Below are positions 47,400 to 56,794 of a stretch of 64,000 nt of DNA, piece after piece. The translations under genes and the position numbers were made by a program. Origin of the DNA: Moniliella sp. 'wahieum'. Taxonomy: Eukaryota. The stretch is from NCBI GenBank assembly GCA_003971905.1, contig RSEE01000096.1, forward strand, positions 62,001-126,000, read 5' to 3'. Under the pieces are notes generated by a model. It did not search any database and was not told where the DNA came from. It saw only the letters and a program-made list of their open reading frames with translations. How positions within the stretch are numbered: the first letter of the stretch is position 1; each line of letters starts with the position of its first letter.

Positions 47400-49054
47400 T
47401 TATTAGTTTCTTCTTCTTCTCTGCTGTTTCGTCGTCCCCAATCCACTGGATTCCTCACATCGTCCATCCATATAGCACAGAGAACACCTCTTGTTCTTAA
47501 TTTCCCTCCTCTTCCCCTCTTGCGGCCCATTTCGCAGTCAGCTCCACCGTTTTCAAGCGCCGCTTCAGCCTCAGCAGCTTGACTAGCCCACAAGCAGTCT
47601 CTTGTACGACCATGATATTGGATTCTCCAGAGTCACCCACTGCACGAACATACCCCGTCAGTCCACCCTTCCATCCCCAAAGGGCCATTTGTACCCTGAA
47701 AACCTCCGAGCTAACGGCAACAATTTCGCATAACTATGGCCAAACAGAAACGAAAAAGTGGATTCAAAGTGAAGAAACAGAGCGGAGCAGACTGGATAAC
47801 GTGTACCGCGCTGTTGGCAACGATGAGAGGTTTCGCTTATATTTTCCCCTCTCACGTGCAGCTCTGAATGAAGTCGACAAAAGGCTGGAACACGGTCGAG
47901 CGGGTATACCTGTCGAAATACTGGCATGATCTCGGTTGGTATCGATGAAAAGAGCGTGCTCTCGACAACACAGTAAAAAATGTTGGAGAAGGTGGTGATG
48001 ATGTCCTCTCTCTCAATACAGCCAGCCCACCGCCGAGACAAAGACTTTGTCGCCGCTGAGAGGAGAACAGCAGAATAATGGATGTAGTCATTGAACTGAT
48101 TTTACAGGGTGGGCGGGAACTGCCCACGCATCATGCATCATGGCGGATAAACTCGATTACTGATTCGCGAAGGAAAAACTTTGCTGTGAGGATATCAGAA
48201 TTGTTGTTGCTTATTGCCCAAGTACCATTGATCTCTGTGAGGTACAAGTGGACCCTGCATAGGCTCAACAAACCAAGGCACGAAGGATTGTGTGTAATAG
48301 AGATGGAGTGACCGATAGAGGATGGATCATGGTGCGAGTCATCTGAAGGAGAGATGACCTCCTGCCGATCACCAGGGAGGATAATTTTGCTGCGAATCTA
48401 CGGTTGTAAACCTCCACCGCTTGCTGGAGCTGCTTTGGATACGGATAGTTCGGTCCCTTGCTAAGAGTGGAGAACGTGCCCATTACAGTAGTACTTTGGG
48501 CCGTTTTTGTCACGGGGAGACGGTCGTCGCCTCTTGCACAGCCACCAGCACTCCCTTATCGTCACTCTCGCTTCTCAGATTCTCCCCCTATCAATACCAC
48601 TACTCAAGTTCTCTATCTTACGCTGTTGTGACTCGGATTTTGGGCGTATCTACAAAGCCCATCACAACAATCGTTTCTTCTCGAATGTTACCCAACGATG
48701 TCCTAAGTGCTGTTACTCCGCCGCCGGACCACGAATGAAGCGCGTGTAGAACATGACAAAGCACCTCTCCCTTCTTCTCTCCACACTCTCCCCCGGCCCG
48801 ATCGTTGTCGTCCTTGCTAGTTACCTACCGTATTAGCCTAGCGCACATTGCGTCCTTTCTTCCTTTGCGTGCGGCTGCGGCGGCGGCGGCCGAAGCAGAA
48901 GAAGCGGCGCTGAACGGGAGGACGCACGACTGGCCTCATGCGCGCTCTACCGCGTACGGCGCTCGGACCATGCCCCGTCGTGTGCGGGGATTTGCTTCAC
49001 TTGCCCGGTATGCAGTGGTAGAGAAGACAGGAGCTGGGTTGAACCCAGACTGAG

Positions 49055-49246
49055 AATTAGAAGAAGAACAAAGAGAAGGAGAACAAAGAGAAGAAGAAGA
49101 ATAAAGAAGAAGAAGAAGAAGAGAAGAAGAAGAAGAGAAGAAAGAAGAAGAAGAAGAAGAAAAGAAAGAAGAAGAGAAGAAGAAGAAGAAGAAGAGAAGA
49201 GAAAGAAGAAGAAGAAGAAGAGAAGAAGAAGAAGCAGAAGAAGGAG
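49055..49246 (+). repeat. Imperfect (GAA)n polypurine tract
   Basis: About 190 bp that is nearly all A/G. Confidence 0.95.
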
Positions 49247-49645
49247 GTGGCACAAGGCAGAGGATAGGGATACTGGCGTAGTGCTCGGATGTGCAAGATG
49301 GTCAGGGGTGACTTCGGAGGTGGCCGGCCCCATAGGACCCTGGTCAACATTCTCCGCTTGCGCTCGTCTATAAAAGTCCAAAACACTACGCATGGTTTCG
49401 ACTCGGTTTCTCGCTTCGTTTCTTGTCTCGGGCCCGCTTTGCACTTGAGCCTCGCCTCGTGTCTCACATCGTGCCTCTCGTGCTTGGTCCTCACTTCTTC
49501 CGCCTGACTCGTTTCCCCTTTTCGCTGTAGACACGTTGGGTTTCCCTTTGTTCCCCTTCTCTTATATAAAACCTGTCTGTTCTTAGATCCAATTGTGATG
49601 GCCTAAGCCGCCCATCATTCTTTTCCCCTCACCCTTCTGCCGGCT

Positions 49646-50362
49646 TTAGGCAAACTCCACTCTAGAAGCATCACCTTTCCGATCAGCTCGCTTGCCCTCC
49701 TTCACCCATCGAGCTCCCCGCTCTCTGGTCTGGCCTCTAACGTGCAACCTTCTTATTACAGAGCTGAGTGGTTCTTCCGACGATAGCAAAGCACTACTCG
49801 TGACCCTCCAATGTTCACGCCAGTGTCCTGGCACTACTTTGGAGATCTGCAACGTGCTCAGTCCTCCGTGAGTCTTGTCTTGATCAGCAGGGAAGGTCTC
49901 CGCCTGACAGGCAACATCCTTGTTACTCCCTAGCTCACCAGCAATCCCATCGGCCTGCTTCAGCGACCACCTCTTGGTCTTTCCGAATCATTTGGTCCAG
50001 GCATCCATTGCCGTCGATCTCTCTCCAGCTTTCATTCTTCTGTGTGCGGATTCCGCCGTGATCCTACAACTGGGTTGAGTTGTTCTAGACAGACAAACAC
50101 GTCGGACCCTGTCTTTGCCTGCGCCTACAGGCACACGCTCGTCCTGCTCGTTCCAGTGCATACGCAACTGTTTTGCCACGCGACCCAACATCCCAATTGA
50201 GAAGCCTCTCACTTCGTCTTCAGTTCCGCGTTCGTATCCTCCGATAGCGTCCAAACTCGATAAACCCTGAGTAGCCCCTCCTCCGTCAAGGGAAAGCACC
50301 CTAACTACCTTGAGTGAGCTATATAGGATCCATTTCGGTGCCCTCATATGACAAGGAAACAA
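49646..50362 (-). pseudogene. Degenerate patatin-like phospholipase remnant
   Basis: VRVLSLDGGGATQGLSSL, DAIGG..GFSIGMLGRV and WREHWRVTSSA, in patatin order but interrupted by stops. No intact GTSTG. Confidence 0.35.
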
Positions 50363-53300
50363 AAGAATCCCCAGATGCGGGATTCAATTCGCTTCACCGG
50401 ATCCAAAGTGTTTTGACAATGGGAACTAGGTGAGGCGCGTGACCATATTGGAATGGATGGGAAATGTTTGACTGCGACTTGGGTGAACGCAAGAGTGAAG
50501 GTAATATGTTTCGAGCTTCATATGATGATGGAACTTTTGACGAGGAGTCTGGGTGTCGATGCAATCCACCGTGGCAGGTCGACAAAAAACCAAGCCCGTT
50601 CAACCAAAAAAAAAAGATGTGATCTCTCTCCCAGTGACGGCGAGATATCGGAAGGGCTATATACCTTCCCCAGAGGCTGCCCCATTTTGACGCGCGAGTG
50701 TGGCACCAGCTGCCCTTGGAACGTGTGTACTAAATTATCGCACCAAGGGTGCTAGAGCTCGATGCGCTCTCTGAAGGTATAGCATTCCATCGGCACCCAA
50801 TCGCGTGTGTGTTCGTCCCCAAGACATGATGGGTGAGGGAGAGAGCAGCAAGTACCTGACGGCCCATATCGAGAAGTGTCGGGATCAGAGTCACTTGATC
50901 ACGTTCCTTGTCACCAAGTTGTCTGATGGCCCCCTTGATTTATTACCCTGTTTCCCCCCTTTGGATTGTGCTCCCTCTTCCCCTCCATGTGATTTAGCTC
51001 GCATGTTCTCTTCTTCTCCGAGGCATATATACCTCGCTTCCTTTCCATTCGATGAATATGATCCTCGTCCTTTCCCCCATCTCCATCTCCTGCGTTAGGT
51101 TTGATCCCACTCAGCCTTCCGGCTTTCAGCCCAACCACCCACCCCACTCACTCTGGACACATCTCCCCGCCTCCCTCCTCCCTCCCCTACACCATGTCCA
51201 GCCGCCGCACACGTGCCATTGCACCCCCGCGGCCCACCCCGAGATGGATGATGCGACGACTCTCCGTCGCCCCCCGCCCCCACCAACCACTGCGGTGCCT
51301 CAGGATCGGCTCCCCCCCCCCGCGTGGTCACCTCCCCCACACCCACCCCCTTCGCCGCCGATGCCCAAGCACAACAAGCTCTTATCGCGGCCACCATCGA
51401 GGCTCTTTTGCCGCGACTCATAACTCATCACCCTCCAATCCCGCACCCGCGCCCGAACCGCGCCCGCGCCTAGCGCCACACCTACCCTCATGATTTTCTG
51501 TTAGAGCCGACGAGATGCCTGAATAAAGGGAAACATTACGCACAGGTATGTGTGCGACTATACCCAACCGGCAGTGAGCCTCTGCTGTCGCATATAGGGA
51601 AAGCTGTATCAGGGTCGCTAGCAGGCGCTGATAGGCAGACTCTACAGTGCATTGAACATGGTGTGGACGCTGAATCATCAAATGGGGTGCATGGCAGGAG
51701 AGGTCGCTTCAGGACCAACCAGCCTGCTGGCCTGCTCCGCAGGTGGATTTTTTCGGGGGAGTGGTGATTATAGTTGTCTCTTCAACCACCTCTCATCACT
51801 AACAGCCGCTGTCAGCCGCCAGGGATGCCAGAGTTGATCTGTTCAGCACTCAACATGATGTATTACAGAGGGCCGGTTGGAAGTTCGACAGGGGAATTGA
51901 CGCATATATACATTACACAGGAATGCACATATGCTCACACATCGGACGACAGGCGCGGGGTCACCAATACTGCTACTGACGCACACGCAGTCGTGTCTTG
52001 TCGCGCCCCTCATGTCCAGCGATGGATCGTTGGCAGTGACTGGAAAAGCGCGCTGAAGATGAGATGAGAAACATATAATTGCTCTCACCGTGCCACAGGA
52101 GAAGCCATCGTAGACCTTAAAAGCATGGGGAGAAGTCCACGGAGCGGTCGCCACGGTCAAACGAGGTCATGTAGGGCACGAAGTCGGGATTGCGCTGTTG
52201 GATCTCATCGACCGGTAAACGCACACCATCATCGGCTCGGCGGTTTCCGCCCGTCTTGGTAAGAGCTCTCCGCGGCACGGTGGCCGAACTCTTGGATACA
52301 AGCCGAGGGGTCGCATCAGACGTATATTTGACCCTGGTTTAGATCATCCTCGACCTCTTGCAGTGTGTGTTTCCTGTCATCATCACACGCTGTTTATATC
52401 TGATCGTGTGATTGCTGCTCCTCCCTCTGGCATCGTTCGCAATTTGGCGACAGGGCCCAAATTTCGAACAATGGGCGGCAAGCGTCTTGGCGCCAGAGAC
52501 AAGCCTTATAACATACAGTAGCGCAAAATTAATACCTAAGGACCAGAGGACGGGGTCCCGCGATGCATACTTATGAGGAGAGGGATCGGGGGTGGGGGAG
52601 TGCTGAGGCTGAAATGGGTTTAAAGACAGAAATGTTGAGACTGTGGAGTCGGTGCTTGAAGGATAAAGTTGGTACGGGAAGGATTACACGGAGGCTGGTG
52701 CGGAAGTTGGGAAGCGACTTGGGACAAGAAGCTGAGACCGGAAGCTGGGGGGGCAAGAGCTGGGATGAGGAAAATTCCTCGGTCGAGACACGTGCCAACT
52801 ACGCTGCGTGTGCCTTCGCCCCCAAAGGTCACCAGGTCCAAAGAGCGGACGCAGGTCAACTACGTGGCCTGATAAGGGCAACTTCAGGGTATATGAAGTG
52901 GGCAAGCAGGACGAGTGTGCAAAGAGCCTCCTTCATCAACCATCAGCATCATTCTAATGCCCCCCTTTCATGTTGTTACAGAGGGCATGAAAGACGACGG
53001 AAAAATAAGCCGCCTTGCTATTATTACAGGCTTCTCTGCACTCCTTAGTTGGCCGGAACTTGGTCCACCTCACGACCTTCTTACTTGCTCCTTCTGAATA
53101 CGACTGAGTTGGGTCAAGACCTCACTCGCACTTTGCACCACAACCATAGCAGCGACTGATGGAACCAGCCCGGTAGCCGTGGTCGCCGCAACAATCCGAC
53201 GTTTCCATGGAGACGACTGCCCGTTTCCTTTACTTTCCATGTCGGCAATCAAGTACATCGTCTTGACCATGTGTGTTTCCTTACCACACTGTATTAGCCC

Positions 53301-54254
53301 CTTTCCGCCGTGACCGTTCTTACATTCCTGCCCTTTTCGCTTTATCTATGCCCCCCGCCCCCCCCCCGTTCACGAAGAGAAGATGAAGAAAAAATCAGAA
53401 GATTGTTGCTGATGATGCAGTAATAAAACTGGTCGCATGTCACTGGTGTAGCACGCAATTCATCCATACCACAGTTCTTGTTTCCGTTATAGTCCCGACA
53501 TGGTTCCCAGAGCCCGTGGCTTTGAGATCCAATAACGAGGTGTCCTTGCTCTCTCGCAAACTGTTGCGTCGCTGCTGGGTATGATGGGAATAGGATCCTT
53601 AGACTACATTAATAACTCACAATAAACCGGAAAGTGACAAATACATTTCATTTCTCTGTGCAACTCGCAAGAGCCTGACATATGAGCCCAACGGGGATGA
53701 GCGAAGCATATGCACGGCTGGGGCTACATGGAACCAATCATCAGAACTCCCGTTGTCATCCATACCGGAAACGCGTGTATGCACTGTTTACACTGATGGA
53801 AGCCAATACATACGAAACGATGGGAAATTTCGCTGGGGGTTACGTAGTGTGCTTGCCATACTGGGAAACATGCTGGCGAGTCAAAACGTCATTATTGTGT
53901 TGAGCTTCCATTCCAGAATCTATGCCCAGATTGTCCTGTCGAAACCTACAGAATCGCCAGAATGGTGAAGCTATGTTCCAAAGTTGATGCACACCTACCG
54001 GTATGATTGGTGATTAGCATGTTACGATATTGAGATGTCAAAGTAATGTTCATATGCGGTTAGGCGACGCTATCAATTTTGCGAAATGCGTTATATGTCC
54101 TTCAGTATTCATACATCCGGCATGAACACCAGCAAAAATAAACATTGATCGATGCCCACCATCCTCATACTCATCAGATCAGCACAATTAATCATTTTAG
54201 TAACAGCTCTGGGTTATTAGAAACCTAGTCATCTTTTTACGCTCTTGGCACCCC

Positions 54255-54416
54255 TGTTGACATCCGTCCTAGGACCGCGCGGACCCTGAGACTCGTGAGT
54301 CGGTTCTCATTCCTTCCGAGCTCGCACCAGTCTTCTGGACCAGTCAGTCGCAGAAGCTCCTTAGTCCAATAGGAGGTTCAGTGTGATTACATTCTGTGGT
54401 AGTAGCGAGGCCGACA
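54255..54416 (+). mobile_element. Solo LTR of the same copia family, with ACCCC target-site duplication
   Basis: TG..CA ends; roughly 92% identical by eye to the LTR at 55333; ACCCC at 54250-54254 and 54417-54421. Confidence 0.95.
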
Positions 54417-55332
54417 ACCCCTCCATCCCTCCTTCCCCTTTATCAGTGTCTGTGTTTGTGGAAAGTACTCCAAAGTCTTCTTGGATGGATTTCAGGTTGT
54501 GCACCTCGCCGTAGTGTCAGGGTTCCCTCGCACGATCCTCAAGTTAGTTGCGTCCGACTAAGCTCGCAGGCCCCGTACAATTTGAAGTTTTCTGTCGTCC
54601 TCCCTTTAGACGTGGATTAAACATGGCAAATGCGTCGTTGTCCAATGTAAATAGGGACCTAATTTTTAGACCTACATCCATTATCTTGAGACAGAGAGTT
54701 GGTAAAGCCCCTCTATGAGAAGTATCCGTCCGGCATTTAGCTCCACCCCCGCTATCAATATTGTGGCATTGATGTGAATCCGCTTTCATTTCACAATATG
54801 CTTTGAGTGTGGGGAAGAAGTTGAATAGCTCAGTGCAATTGATTGGTTGCCTTGATGACCGTGCCATGTACACCCAAGTGCCTGCGACATGAAGCATCCA
54901 CGGGACCGTTGATATCCTCCAAACGCCTGTGCGGTATTTTGCCATCGTATTGCTACAAAACGATCGCCAGATATCACCGGAAGGGTTCTGACGGTGCGAT
55001 TGTCCCACCTTAGGAACTTGCAATAACACACAAAGAAGGAGCCGGAAGGAGTCGACCGGGTGGGCTTGCGCAGGAAGCTAAAAAACCGTCTCGTATTTAT
55101 GGTGCAGCCAGAGTGCAGTCCCGAGCGCAGCGCATTCCACTACTCGCCAGATATACAATGGGGGAGTATGAGCATGAACAATGCAGCCATATCAGCACCA
55201 TCACCTCCATACCGCATATCCAGGCCCTGTTCTCCAAGCAATCATTAGGACTCGGGTTATGCAGGATCAAGTTCATCATCGTCACGGCATCAACCACTGT
55301 TGGGCGGGACCGTTCAATCTGCTGGTGGTTTA

Positions 55333-55492
55333 TGTTGACATCCGTCCTAGGACCGCGCGGACCCTGAGTCACGTGAGTCAGCTTTCATTCCTTCCGAGCT
55401 CGCACCAGTCTTCTGGACGAGTCAGTCGCAGAAGCTTCTTAGTCCAATACGACGTTCAGTGCTCACATTCTGTGGTAGTAGCGAGGCCGACA
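55333..55492 (+). repeat. 5' LTR
   Basis: TGTTGACA...GGCCGACA, identical to 60233-60392. Confidence 0.97.
55365..55380 (+). promoter_or_regulatory. Tandem Gcn4/AP-1 type sites (TGAGTCA x2) bridged by CACGTG in the LTR
   Basis: TGAGTCA-CG-TGAGTCA, also present at 60265-60280. Confidence 0.5.
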
Positions 55493-55546
55493 GAGTTACA
55501 TCCTTATCTGCTCATCCCTGAGCTGGCCAAAACTACACCCACAACC

Positions 55547-56794
55547 ATGGGCGCCAACGCTAACACCGATCTCTCGGTCAGCGACACCACAATGGTGAAC
55601 AAGCGCGATTACTGGACACCAACCGGTCGCGATCCGCCACCGATTGGCACCGACAACGAGGAACTCATGATGCTTTGCGCCGAAGCGCACCTGTGGTTCA
55701 AGAAGACGAACGACATCGATGTCGTTAAAGAGAAGATCAACAGAGCTATACACGACAGAGCCGAGTGGCTTGGATGGAAGGACGAACCTACGTCTATCAC
55801 GACAAACTGGGTTCGACGGGCTACGAATTTTGTGGTGCAAAACATCCACCAAATGGAAACTCAACCCAACGCAACTTTGGGGGCACCTACAGGCGCAGCC
55901 TCGCGACCCGAGTACGACCTTTACAGATCACTACGCGAGTCTCCCACCAAGAATATCAAGTGGCCTGATCTGAACAAAGACCCGTCCGCCTACAGCGCTT
56001 GGGAAGACGAATTTCTCTTCGCGATAACAGATGCCCACCCCCACGCAAGCGACGTCGTCCAGAATGGTCGCAGCTCCCGCTACTTCACCGAGGACCTCGA
56101 CAGACGCTTGCACAACCTTCTTAGGGAAGCCATGCCGTCAACCCTCTTCCGGACGATCCGCACCCACCACGAAATATCATGCACCCAGGACACGCTGAAC
56201 ATGCTGCGTCAGCGGTATGGATATACGCCTACCGCAAACAGAGGGCCTCTACTCATTCGCTACTTTTCGGCCGACCAAGGAAACCGATCGGGTCGAGACT
56301 ACCTCGACTACATGGAAGAGATCAGTGCAAGCCTGACGCGAGCGGGCATCCCACTTACGGAAGAGCAGGAACGCACTGGGATCCTACTCGGCTTACGCGA
56401 CATGAGCATTCGCCAGCGTGAAGAGCGCTCGAGTCTAGACAAGTTACGGCAGGCCGTGATGGACATACCAGCCGCCACGTATCCCGGTGGAGAAAGGAAG
56501 AGAAACGGAGGCAAGCCGGTCAACGGAGGAACGCCTTGGACTCGACCCGACAGCGGGGGACGACCCACCAGCGGGGGAAAAAACTCCAGCGGGGGCAAAG
56601 CCGGCGACGACAACCTCGCGGACACAAAGACCAAGGGGCAAGACCGCACCAACCAACCCTGGCGCAGCGCGACGTCTAATAAACCTGTTGTCCCTCCGCG
56701 CAACCCAGGCCGAGCCAACGCTCACGTCGCTCAGAGAGCGAGCTCTCCCGAGTCTGAAGTGATTGACGTTGATGCGGGCACAGCTGACTACTAG
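55547..56794 (+). CDS. gag: Copia Gag
   Basis: ATG in good context after the LTR; YSAWEDEF..LHNLLREAM..MLRQRYG..DYLDYMEEI..L.RAGIPLTE..LLGL (retrotransposon gag-like); ends in TAG. Confidence 0.85.
   Translation: MGANANTDLSVSDTTMVNKRDYWTPTGRDPPPIGTDNEELMMLCAEAHLWFKKTNDIDVVKEKINRAIHDRAEWLGWKDEPTSITTNWVRRATNFVVQNIHQMETQPNATLGAPTGAASRPEYDLYRSLRESPTKNIKWPDLNKDPSAYSAWEDEFLFAITDAHPHASDVVQNGRSSRYFTEDLDRRLHNLLREAMPSTLFRTIRTHHEISCTQDTLNMLRQRYGYTPTANRGPLLIRYFSADQGNRSGRDYLDYMEEISASLTRAGIPLTEEQERTGILLGLRDMSIRQREERSSLDKLRQAVMDIPAATYPGGERKRNGGKPVNGGTPWTRPDSGGRPTSGGKNSSGGKAGDDNLADTKTKGQDRTNQPWRSATSNKPVVPPRNPGRANAHVAQRASSPESEVIDVDAGTADY

Noticed and set aside
55472..55486. TGGTAG..CG inside the LTR as a tRNA-iMet PBS
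   Set aside because: It lies within both LTR copies rather than after the 5' LTR, and the match is short.
55181..55546. Gag ORF appears to extend 122 codons upstream through the LTR into the flank
   Set aside because: It starts outside the element. A stop-free frame across 160 bp of LTR is plausible by chance, and the ATG at 55547 is the natural start.
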